This document shows, piece by piece, positions 22,896 to 31,274 of a DNA stretch of 32,000 nucleotides. The translations under genes were made by a program, and so were the position numbers. The number at the start of each line of letters is the position of its first letter. Position 1 is the stretch's first letter. Under the pieces are notes generated by a model. The model ran no database searches. It saw only the letters and a program-made list of their open reading frames with translations, and had not been told where the DNA came from. The stretch is taken from NCBI RefSeq assembly GCF_000284115.1, contig NC_017080.1:240001-272000 (forward strand), written 5' to 3'. Origin of the DNA: Phycisphaera mikurensis NBRC 102666. GTDB taxonomy: Bacteria; Planctomycetota; Phycisphaerae; Phycisphaerales; Phycisphaeraceae.

Positions 22896-24026
22896 TTGAA
22901 GCTGCTGACACTCTCCCGCAACCCCCGCGGCTACACGCTGCGTCGCCTCCGCGAAGCCGCCCACGCCCGCGGCCACAAGCTGCTCTCGCGGGACCCGCTG
23001 AACTTCAGCATCCACGTCGAGCGGAACGCGCCGAGCGTCGTCTACAAGGGCGAGCCGTTCGCCGCGGTCGACGCGGTGATCCCGCGGATCGGGGCGAGCA
23101 TCACCCACTACGGCACGGCCGTGGTGCGGCAGTTCGAGCAGATGGGCGTCCCGGTGCTGAACACCTCGGCGAGCATCACCACCAGTCGCGACAAGCTCCG
23201 CTCGATGCAGATCCTCTCGCGGCACGACGTGGGCCTGCCCGCGTCGGCCTTCGTCCGCCGCAAGCAGGACGTGCTGACGACCATCCGGAGCCTCGGCGGG
23301 GCCCCGGTCATCATCAAGCTGCTCGAGGGCAGCCAGGGCGTCGGCGTCATCCTGGCCGATTCGGAGAAGGTCGCCGAGGCCATCGTCGAGACGCTGCAGA
23401 GCGCCAAGCAGAACGTGCTGCTGCAGAAGTTCGTCAGCGAGAGCAAAGGCCGCGACATCCGCGCCTTCGTGATCGGCGGCCGCGTCGTGGCGGCCATGCG
23501 TCGCAAGGCCGCCGGCAACGAGTTCCGCAGCAACGTGCACCGCGGCGGCAGCACCGAGGCGGTGACGCTGTCGCCGGAGTTCGAGACCTGCGCCGTGAAG
23601 GCGGCGCAGATCATGGGCCTCCGCATCGCCGGCGTGGACATGCTCGAGGGCGCCGACGGCCCGCAGGTGATGGAGGTGAACTCCAGCCCCGGGCTCGAGG
23701 GGATCGAGGGTGCGACCGGCATCGACATCGCCGGCGCGATGATCGAGCACGCCGAGGACATGGCCGAGCTCCCCGACATCGACGTCCGCCAGCGGCTGAC
23801 GCTCAAGAGCGGCTACGGCGTCGCCGACGTGATCGCCGGCGAGGGCTTCGCCTTCGTCGGGCAGACCATCGCCGAGGCCGCCTTCCGCGAACGCGAGGTG
23901 CTCGTGCTCTCGATCACCCGCGGCAGCGTGGTGATCCCGGCGCCCAAGGGCGACGTGCCGATCCTCGAGGGCGACAAGCTGCTCTGCTACGGCAAGCTGC
24001 TCACGATCAAGACCCTCGGCACGTGA
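22896..24026 (+). CDS. rimK: RimK-type ATP-grasp alpha-L-glutamate ligase (ribosomal protein S6 modification) with C-terminal TrkA_C/RCK_C-like domain
   Basis: TTG start gives MKLLTLSRN..LRRLREAA, colinear with E. coli RimK as I recall it (RDKLRSMQ, GGAPVIIKLLEGSQGVGV, FRSNVHRGG, VMEVNSSPGLEGIE). An extra ~75 aa follow (GQTIAEAAFREREVLVLSITRGSVVIPAPKGDVPILEGDKLLCYG), fitting the TrkA_C pattern. Confidence 0.9.
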   Translation: MKLLTLSRNPRGYTLRRLREAAHARGHKLLSRDPLNFSIHVERNAPSVVYKGEPFAAVDAVIPRIGASITHYGTAVVRQFEQMGVPVLNTSASITTSRDKLRSMQILSRHDVGLPASAFVRRKQDVLTTIRSLGGAPVIIKLLEGSQGVGVILADSEKVAEAIVETLQSAKQNVLLQKFVSESKGRDIRAFVIGGRVVAAMRRKAAGNEFRSNVHRGGSTEAVTLSPEFETCAVKAAQIMGLRIAGVDMLEGADGPQVMEVNSSPGLEGIEGATGIDIAGAMIEHAEDMAELPDIDVRQRLTLKSGYGVADVIAGEGFAFVGQTIAEAAFREREVLVLSITRGSVVIPAPKGDVPILEGDKLLCYGKLLTIKTLGT

Positions 24027-24102
24027 GGGCGCCGCTTCGCGGGGGGGGCGCCGCCGCCGCGCGAGCGTGCCGCCCGCGGCATTCCTCGGGTAGCGTCCCC
24101 GC

Positions 24103-25134
<1,032 letters not shown>

Positions 25135-25176
25135 GCCGCGGCCCCCGGCTCTCGCGACCGCCGTGCCCCGGGAGCG

Positions 25177-26433
25177 GTGCGCCCGCCGCGTAGCTTTGCC
25201 CGCGTGCCGGAGGCCCCAACCGAGCCCAAGCCCGAGCCCGAGCTCCTCCTCGCCGCGGCCGTTTGCGATCCGTGGGGCGAGCTCTTCCGGCCGGGCGCAC
25301 TCGCGGTCCGCGGCGGCGAGGTCGCGGCGTGGGGACCGGCCGACGATTTGGAGCGGACCTGGGCCGGCGCCCGCCGCGTCGATCTCGGGCCGGTGGTGGT
25401 CCTGCCGGGCATGGTGAACGCGCACGCGCACCTCGACCTCGCCGGGCGCGGGCCGCGGCCGTACGGCGGGGACTTCCTGGGCTGGGTCCGCGCGGAGGTG
25501 CTGCCCATGCGCCGCGCCGCCCCGGGGCCCGCGCTGGCGGCGGTTCGCGCGGCCGCGGCCGCGTCGCTCGCCGCGGGCGTGGAGGCGATCGGCGACGTGG
25601 CGGGCGTGCCTGGAGCGCGGGCGGCGCTGCGGGGCACCGGGCTGCGGGGCGTCTCCTACGAGGAGGTGTTTGGGCTGCGGCCCGCCGCGGTGGAGCGGCT
25701 GGCCGGGCGCGCGGCCGAGGTGGCGGCCGAGGGCGAGGCCGGCGGCGTCGCGCCCGGCTTGCAGCCGCACGCGCCGTACTCCGTGTCCCCGGCGGGCTAC
25801 GCGGCGTGCGTGGGCACCGGCTTGCGCCTCTCGACCCACCTGGCGGAGCTCGCCGAGGAAGCCGAGCTGGTGGCCCGCGGCACCGGCCCGATGCGGGCGA
25901 TGCTCGGGGAAGCCGGCCTCTGGGGCCCGGAGCTGGAGGAGGCCTACGGCGGCGGCCGCTCGCCGGTGGCCTGGCTGGCTCCGTCGCTCGCCGCGGCGGC
26001 GGGGCGGTTCGTCGTCGCCCACGCGAACCACGTGAGCGACGAGGACATCGCCACGCTCGCCGCCACCGGCACCTCGGTCGCGTACTGCCCGGTCGCTTCG
26101 GCCTATTTCGGCCACCGCGGCCACCGCCACCGCGAGCTGCTCGACGCGGGCGTCAACGTCGCCCTCGGCACCGACTCGGTGCTGTGCCAGCCGCCCGACG
26201 AGCCGCAGCCCCACGGCATCCTCCCGCAGGTCCGCACGCTCCTTCGCCGCGACGGCACCGAGCCCGCGACGCTCGTGCGGATGGCGTGCGCCAACGGCTT
26301 CGCGGCGCTGGGGCTCCCGGTGCGGACGACGCGTCTGCTGCTGCTGCCGGTGGACGCCGACGCCGGCGACCCGCTGCGTCGGGCGCTCGCGGGCGGCGCG
26401 CCGCCGCGGACCGTGGCCCTCGGCCCCGTCTGA
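25177..26433 (+). CDS. Amidohydrolase-superfamily protein (nucleoside/nucleobase deaminase- or chlorohydrolase-like)
   Basis: GTG start (uncertain; GTG 25204 is an alternative). Metal-binding HxH in PGMVNAHAHLD; later HANH and GTDS motifs. Substrate not assignable from sequence. Confidence 0.78.
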   Translation: MRPPRSFARVPEAPTEPKPEPELLLAAAVCDPWGELFRPGALAVRGGEVAAWGPADDLERTWAGARRVDLGPVVVLPGMVNAHAHLDLAGRGPRPYGGDFLGWVRAEVLPMRRAAPGPALAAVRAAAAASLAAGVEAIGDVAGVPGARAALRGTGLRGVSYEEVFGLRPAAVERLAGRAAEVAAEGEAGGVAPGLQPHAPYSVSPAGYAACVGTGLRLSTHLAELAEEAELVARGTGPMRAMLGEAGLWGPELEEAYGGGRSPVAWLAPSLAAAAGRFVVAHANHVSDEDIATLAATGTSVAYCPVASAYFGHRGHRHRELLDAGVNVALGTDSVLCQPPDEPQPHGILPQVRTLLRRDGTEPATLVRMACANGFAALGLPVRTTRLLLLPVDADAGDPLRRALAGGAPPRTVALGPV

Positions 26434-26449
26434 GCCCCGCGGTCCGCGG
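26404..26449. repeat. Bipartite palindromic element copy 4: CCGCGGACCG-N26-CGGTCCGCGG
   Basis: Exact arms at 26404-26413 and 26440-26449, with a 26-nt spacer. The left arm lies in the last codons of the amidohydrolase gene (..PPRTV..), and the spacer contains its TGA (26431-26433). Confidence 0.9.
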
Positions 26450-26560
26450 GGGGGGCGTTGGTGCCGTACGCGAATCCGCGCGCAGGCCATTGCCCCACGC
26501 CCCACAGCGGGTTAGGTTCCCAGCGGCATCCGCTGTTTCCCCCCCCCTCGGCCTCCGCTC

Positions 26561-27079
26561 ATGGCTCCCAGCCCCGCCCCCGCAGACGTCTCCAGCCCCC
26601 CTAGCTCCCCCGGCCCGATCGCGCAGGCGCTGGGCAACATCCCCGGCGGCGTCTGGGTGCTGACCTCCCGCGTGGACGATCGGCGGCGGGGCCTGCTGGT
26701 GGGCCGCGTGCAGCAGCTGGGCTCGCGCCCGCCGGTGGTGGCCGTCGCGGTGCCCAAGGGCGAGCCGATCATGCCGCTGCTCTCCGACAGCGGCCGCTTC
26801 GCGCTGTGCCAGCTCGGCGAGGAGGACCGCCGCATCCGCCGCAAGTTCTCCACCGAGCCCGAAGAGGACGAGGACCCCTTCCTCGGCCTGCGGCTGGCGG
26901 ATCCCCGGCAGGCGGGGTTGCCGATCGTCGAGACGACCGTCGGCCACCTCGAGTGCTCGATCGTCCGTCACCTCGACTTCGAGGGCGACCACGACCTGTT
27001 CATCGGCGAGGTCGTCTCCGCGCGACGCGGCGCCGGCCTTCCGCTCGTGCGGCTGCGGGATGACGGCTTGGAGGCCTGA
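26561..27079 (+). CDS. Flavin reductase-like (FMN-binding split-barrel) domain protein
   Basis: ATG start. GGVWVLTSR...LLVGRVQQLGSRPPVVAVAV...GHLECSIVRHLDFEGDHDLFIGEVV fits the flavin reductase family pattern. Confidence 0.78.
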   Translation: MAPSPAPADVSSPPSSPGPIAQALGNIPGGVWVLTSRVDDRRRGLLVGRVQQLGSRPPVVAVAVPKGEPIMPLLSDSGRFALCQLGEEDRRIRRKFSTEPEEDEDPFLGLRLADPRQAGLPIVETTVGHLECSIVRHLDFEGDHDLFIGEVVSARRGAGLPLVRLRDDGLEA

Positions 27080-27166
27080 GCGCGGCACGCCGCCGGCGCG
27101 CGTCTCGCCTCCCTGGAGCGCAGCATCGGTCCGTGCCCCCGTGCCCCGCGGGGCTAGCGGTTCCCG

Positions 27167-28084
27167 CTACGCCCTCACCAGCCCGCCGGCGCGAAGCACC
27201 GGCAGCACGCCAGATTCCAGCGGGTCGGCGGAGCTGACGCGGCCGTAGGAGACGCCGCGGCGGAGGCAGGCCGAGCGGGCGCCCGCGCAGAAGGCGTCGA
27301 GGGTCTGCCGGTACCGGCGGAGCAGCTGCGGGGTGGCGGAGACCTCCGCGGCGTCGCCGTCCTCGCGGTCGGTGAGGCGGAGGTCGCCGGTGATGCCGGC
27401 CGAAGCGGGGTCCAGCTCGGCGGGGGAGAGCAGGTGCAGCACGTGGGCGTCGAAGCGCTGCGCGGCCAGCGGCTTGAGCGCTTCCTCCAGCCGCCCCCCG
27501 GAGGGCTTGTCCAGGAGGTCGGAGATCACCAGCACCACGCCGGCGCGGGGGTGGCGGCGGGCGAGGTCGAACAGCGAGCGGCCCAGGTCGCCGGGACCCT
27601 CGGCGGACCGCAACCCCTCCAGAAACGCGAGCAGCCGCGGGATCGGCCGGCGTCCGCGGAGGCCCGAGATCCCGTCGGTCAAGCCGTCGTGGAAGCCGTG
27701 CACGGCGAGCCGGTTCATGCGCGAGAGGGCGAGGTAGCCCAGCGCCGCGGCGATCCGCTTCGCCGCGAGCAGCTTCTCCGGCGGGTCCGTGCCGCTCGGC
27801 TGGCCCTCGGCCATCGACGGGCTCACATCGATCAGCACGGTGAGCGCGAGGTCCTGCTCCTCGAGGAACAGCCGCAGGATCAGCTTGTCCAGCCGGGCGT
27901 AGAGGTTCCAGTCGATCCGCCGCAGGTCGTCGCCGACGGTGTAGGGCCGGAAGTCGGCGAATTCGACGCTCTGACCCTTCTGCTTCGCCCGCCGCTCGCC
28001 CTGCAGCCCGCCGCGCAGCAGCTTGCGGCTGGCGAGGTCCAGGGCGTCGAGGCGGCTGCGTTCGGCGGGGGAGAGGAGGGTCAT
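27167..28084 (-). CDS. DUF58 domain protein (MoxR-associated, vWA-like)
   Basis: ATG start. GQSVEFADFRPYTVGDDLRRIDWNLYARLDKLILRLFLEEQD is the DUF58 signature. Lies downstream of a MoxR ATPase gene. Confidence 0.9.
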   Translation of the reverse strand: MTLLSPAERSRLDALDLASRKLLRGGLQGERRAKQKGQSVEFADFRPYTVGDDLRRIDWNLYARLDKLILRLFLEEQDLALTVLIDVSPSMAEGQPSGTDPPEKLLAAKRIAAALGYLALSRMNRLAVHGFHDGLTDGISGLRGRRPIPRLLAFLEGLRSAEGPGDLGRSLFDLARRHPRAGVVLVISDLLDKPSGGRLEEALKPLAAQRFDAHVLHLLSPAELDPASAGITGDLRLTDREDGDAAEVSATPQLLRRYRQTLDAFCAGARSACLRRGVSYGRVSSADPLESGVLPVLRAGGLVRA

Positions 28085-28098
28085 GGGAAGGGGGGGTC

Positions 28099-28186
28099 AG
28101 GAAGCGGAGAAGCGGAGAAGCGAAGAAGCGAAGAAGCGAAGAAGCGGGGAAGTGGAGAAGCGGGGCAGCGGGGAACTGGAGAAGTC
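28099..28186. repeat. Tandem array of eleven 8-bp units (consensus RRGAAGCG)
   Basis: AGGAAGCG GAGAAGCG GAGAAGCG AAGAAGCG AAGAAGCG AAGAAGCG GGGAAGTG GAGAAGCG GGGCAGCG GGGAACTG GAGAAGTC, contiguous with no spacers. Located in the moxR-DUF58 intergenic region. Confidence 0.95.
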
Positions 28187-28254
28187 AAAGATTCAGGCAG
28201 CGGAGGGGGCAGGCAGAGCGCACCGGCCGCTGCCGCGTGGGGGTTTCCGCTGCT

Positions 28255-28286
28255 GACTTCTTCGCTTCTTCGCTTCTTCGCTTTCG
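28255..28286. repeat. Four inverted copies of the same 8-bp unit
   Basis: GACTTCTT CGCTTCTT CGCTTCTT CGCTTTCG is the reverse complement of AAGAAGCG-type units. It can pair with units 3-6 of the array (about 27 of 32 positions). Confidence 0.9.
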
Positions 28287-28311
28287 CGCTCTGACCGGCC
28301 CAGCCGGTGCT

Positions 28312-29337
28312 TCAAGCCTCCACCGGCAGCGAATCTCGGATCTCCTCCACCACCTGGTCCTGCCCGACGCCCTCCGCTTCACCCTCGAAATTGAGCAGGA
28401 CGCGGTGGCGGAGGGCCGGCAGCATGACGGCCTTCACGTCGTCGACGCTCGCGTGCGGGCGGCCGCTGCGGAGGGCGGTGACCTTGGCGGCGAGGACGAG
28501 CGCCTGGGCGGCGCGGGGGCTGGCGCCGACGCGGGCGAAGCGGTTGATCTTCTCGCTCGCGAACTCGCCACCGGGGTGCGTCGCGAGCACCGCCCGCACG
28601 GCGAAGTCCTGCACGGCGGGGGGGAGCACCACCTGGCGGACGAGCTTCTGGAAGGCGACGATCGTCTTCGCGTCCAGCTGCGGCCGCACCTCGGCGGAGA
28701 CGCCCGCCGTCGTCCGATTCAGGATCTCGTGCATCTGGGCCCGGTCGCTGTAGCCCACCTCCAGCTTGAAGAGGAAGCGGTCCAGCTGCGCCTCGGGCAG
28801 CGGGTACGTGCCCTCCTGCTCGATGGGGTTCTGCGTGGCCATCACGAAGAAGGGTTTGGCCATCTCGTAGCTGGTGCCACCGACGGTGACGCTCTTCTCG
28901 GCCATCGCCTCGAGCATCGCCGACTGCGTCTTGGGCGTCGCCCGGTTGATCTCGTCGGCGAGCACGATCTGGGCGAAGAGCGGGCCGCGGCGGAACTGGA
29001 AGTCGCGCTGCGTGGTGCCGTCGGCTTTCTGCTCCTCCACGACGATCGTGGTGCCGGTGATGTCGGCGGGCATGAGGTCGGGTGTGAACTGGATCCGCGA
29101 GAACTCCAGCGAGAGCGCCTCGGAGAGGCTGCGGATCAGCAGCGTCTTGCCCAGCCCGGGCACGCCCTCCAGCAGCACGTTGCCGCCGACGAACAGCGTG
29201 GTCAGCACGCCGTCGACCACGTCCTCCTGGCCGACGATCACGCGGGCGAGCTGCTCCTTGACGGCGGCGTAGGAGGAGGCGAAGCGTTCGATGGCGGCGC
29301 CGGCTCGGTCGGGGGCGTTGGAGGTGGGTTCCGGCAT
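28312..29337 (-). CDS. MoxR-family AAA+ ATPase
   Basis: ATG start. Walker A LLEGVPGLGKT, Walker B IVLADEINRATPKTQSAMLEAM, sensor region ATQNPIEQEGTYPLPEAQLDRF. 341 aa. Confidence 0.95.
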   Translation of the reverse strand: MPEPTSNAPDRAGAAIERFASSYAAVKEQLARVIVGQEDVVDGVLTTLFVGGNVLLEGVPGLGKTLLIRSLSEALSLEFSRIQFTPDLMPADITGTTIVVEEQKADGTTQRDFQFRRGPLFAQIVLADEINRATPKTQSAMLEAMAEKSVTVGGTSYEMAKPFFVMATQNPIEQEGTYPLPEAQLDRFLFKLEVGYSDRAQMHEILNRTTAGVSAEVRPQLDAKTIVAFQKLVRQVVLPPAVQDFAVRAVLATHPGGEFASEKINRFARVGASPRAAQALVLAAKVTALRSGRPHASVDDVKAVMLPALRHRVLLNFEGEAEGVGQDQVVEEIRDSLPVEA

Positions 29338-29370
29338 TGGGGGTCTGGAGCGGTCGCGAGCGAAGGAGCG

Positions 29371-29422
29371 GGAAAAAGAGTCCGGCCGCAGAGCCAGCGG
29401 GCGGGGGTGCGACCTCCGCGGC
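29371..29422 (-). terminator. Weak terminator/attenuator-like hairpin with T5 between the hypothetical gene and moxR
   Basis: On the minus strand, GCCGCGGAG (29414-29422) pairs with CTCTGCGGC (29385-29393), 8 of 9 bp with a 20-nt loop, followed by CGGACTCTTTTTCC. Only ~35 nt remain before the moxR ATG, so full termination seems unlikely. Confidence 0.25.
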
Positions 29423-29430
29423 TTCGCCGA

Positions 29431-30492
29431 TCACGCTCTTGAGGTCTCTGTCTCGCTTCCCCGCTCGCCGGCCGGAGCCCCGGCCCGCACCATCGCGGCG
29501 GCGAGGTCTCGCGGGAGCGGGTGGCGGGCGACGTAGTCGCCGTCGCGGCCGGTTTCGGCGGGGTCGAGCCCGGCGTCGGCGGCCGGCTGCGCGAAGACGC
29601 GGGACCCGCCCGCGAGCGCGGCCCAGCGGGCGGCGTGGGCGGGGCCGCCGACGGGCAGCAGCAGCGTCTCGCCGGCGCCGAAGGCGAGCCACGGCCGTTC
29701 CATCCGCGGGTCCTGGACGACCCGGGGCCCGCCGCCGGCGGAGGTCTCCGCGGCGGCGGCGACGTCGAGCGCCTCGGCGAGCCGGTCGGCCGCGGGCGAG
29801 AGCCGCAGCGTGACGCGGCGGCCGCCGGCCTCCTGCGCGAGCGCGGCGGCGAGCACGAGGGGCCGGGCGTCGACGCCGGCGCCGCCGGCGACCGAGAGAG
29901 CGAGGCCGTCGCCGGCGTGACCGGTCGCCGCGGCGTCGGCGCGGCGGGCGTCCAGGCGGGCGGGGTGGTGCCGCACCCGGCCGGCGGGCAGGCCGCCGGC
30001 CACCAGCAGCGACGCGAGCGATTGCGAGGCGGCGGCCACGTCGAAGCCCGCGGCCTCCATCCGGCTCACCAGCCAGGCGAGCGTGTCCGGCGGCGGGACG
30101 TCGCTCAACCGCAGCACGCGGGGGACGGTGGGCAGGAAGGCGGCGGCCGCGGCGAGGGAAGCCGCGTCCCAGGCGATCACGCTGCGGGCGCCCGCCGCGG
30201 CCTCCCGCAGCGCCCGCCGGAGGGCGGCGCGGCAGGCGAGCGGGATCCGCCCGCCGACGCCGGGGCCGCCCGGCGGCCGGCAGGCGTGCCGCGTGGCCAG
30301 CCCCGCCGCCCGGGCGGCCGCCGCGGCCGCGGAACCCAGCGTCATCGCGTGGTGCTGCGCCGGCTCCGGGTCGCCGGCCAGAGCGGCGGGCAGCGGCACC
30401 GCGGCGGGCTCGGACGCGGCCGCCGCGACGCAGTCCGCGGCCTCGGCGGCGTGGACCGCCTGGCTCCCGGGCCCGAGGAGGTGGAGGATCAC
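29431..30492 (-). CDS. Hypothetical Ala-rich protein with weak GT-B (GT4-like) glycosyltransferase-fold resemblance
   Basis: 3' part of track ORF 29431..31281. GTG at 30492 overlaps the upstream stop (GTGA). Very high GC3. The order of segments (VILHLLGPG.., SVIAWDAAS.., FDVAAASQSLA..GRVRHHPARLD, LALSVAGG.., LLLPVGGPAHAARWAALAGGSRVF) resembles GT4 enzymes, but the acidic EX7E-type residues are not evident. Low-confidence pattern match only. Confidence 0.5.
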   Translation of the reverse strand: MILHLLGPGSQAVHAAEAADCVAAAASEPAAVPLPAALAGDPEPAQHHAMTLGSAAAAAARAAGLATRHACRPPGGPGVGGRIPLACRAALRRALREAAAGARSVIAWDAASLAAAAAFLPTVPRVLRLSDVPPPDTLAWLVSRMEAAGFDVAAASQSLASLLVAGGLPAGRVRHHPARLDARRADAAATGHAGDGLALSVAGGAGVDARPLVLAAALAQEAGGRRVTLRLSPAADRLAEALDVAAAAETSAGGGPRVVQDPRMERPWLAFGAGETLLLPVGGPAHAARWAALAGGSRVFAQPAADAGLDPAETGRDGDYVARHPLPRDLAAAMVRAGAPAGERGSETETSRA

Positions 30493-31274
30493 AGCCGATC
30501 CCCGGGACGCGGGGTGCCGGTCGTGCGGCGGCGCTCCTCGTAGACGGTGTCGCCGGGGGCCTGCCCCGTCCAGTCGTAGAACAACCGGGCGACGGCGAGG
30601 CCGGCGGCGTCGGCGAGGTCGCGGCGGACGTTGGCGGGGTCGGCCGCGTCTTCGCCGATGCGGCGGGCCCGGAGGTCGACCGAGAAGGGCCGGCCGGCGG
30701 GGCCGCCCAGGAAGCCGCCGGCGTCGGCGTCCTCCCGGCGTGGGAACAGCTGCACGCCCCGTGCATCGACCACCCGCACCGTGCCCGACGCGGCGGGCAC
30801 CACGAGTGCCCCGGTCATGCCGGCGTCCGCGGCGTTGGGCAGCCGCAGGGCCTGGACCTCGACGAACACCAGCGTGTCGACGCCGAGCCGCGCGGGCAAG
30901 GCGTCCAGCGGGAGCGCCGCGAAGGCGGCCGCGTCGCGCTCCCGCTCGCGGGCAACGCGGCGGCCATCGACGACCGCCTGCCCCTTCTTCGGGCTCCCGT
31001 CGGCCCGCCGCTGGAGCGGGCGGAGGTTCGTCGCGAGGTGCTGGCCCGCGGTGGCGGCGACCTGGTCGGTGAAGGAACGAACGCGGGGGTCGCCCGCGGG
31101 CAGACCGGGGGCCGCCTCCGCCAGCACGGCCACGGAGCCGGGGGGCAGCCGGGCCACCGCCTCGACCTTGTGGCTCCGCAGCAGAAGAAAGGGCACGGCG
31201 ACCGCCTCGCAGCCGGGCAGCGAGAGCGATCCGAGCGCGAGCGCGGCGGCGAGAACGGCGGGGACCGGCTTCAA
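30489..31274 (-). CDS. Hypothetical lipoprotein (paralog of the next gene)
   Basis: TTG at 31274 overlaps the upstream stop (TTGA). LKPVPAVLAAALALGSLSLPGC-EAV contains lipobox LPGC. Very high GC3. Shares LGVD.hV.VEV and ..hFYD(W/Q) blocks with the upstream protein. Confidence 0.6.
   Translation of the reverse strand: MKPVPAVLAAALALGSLSLPGCEAVAVPFLLLRSHKVEAVARLPPGSVAVLAEAAPGLPAGDPRVRSFTDQVAATAGQHLATNLRPLQRRADGSPKKGQAVVDGRRVARERERDAAAFAALPLDALPARLGVDTLVFVEVQALRLPNAADAGMTGALVVPAASGTVRVVDARGVQLFPRREDADAGGFLGGPAGRPFSVDLRARRIGEDAADPANVRRDLADAAGLAVARLFYDWTGQAPGDTVYEERRRTTGTPRPGDRL

Noticed and set aside
28099-28286. Repeat array considered as CRISPR
   Set aside because: The units are only 8 bp and directly abutting, with no spacers, and there are no cas genes. 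It is a simple tandem/inverted microrepeat.
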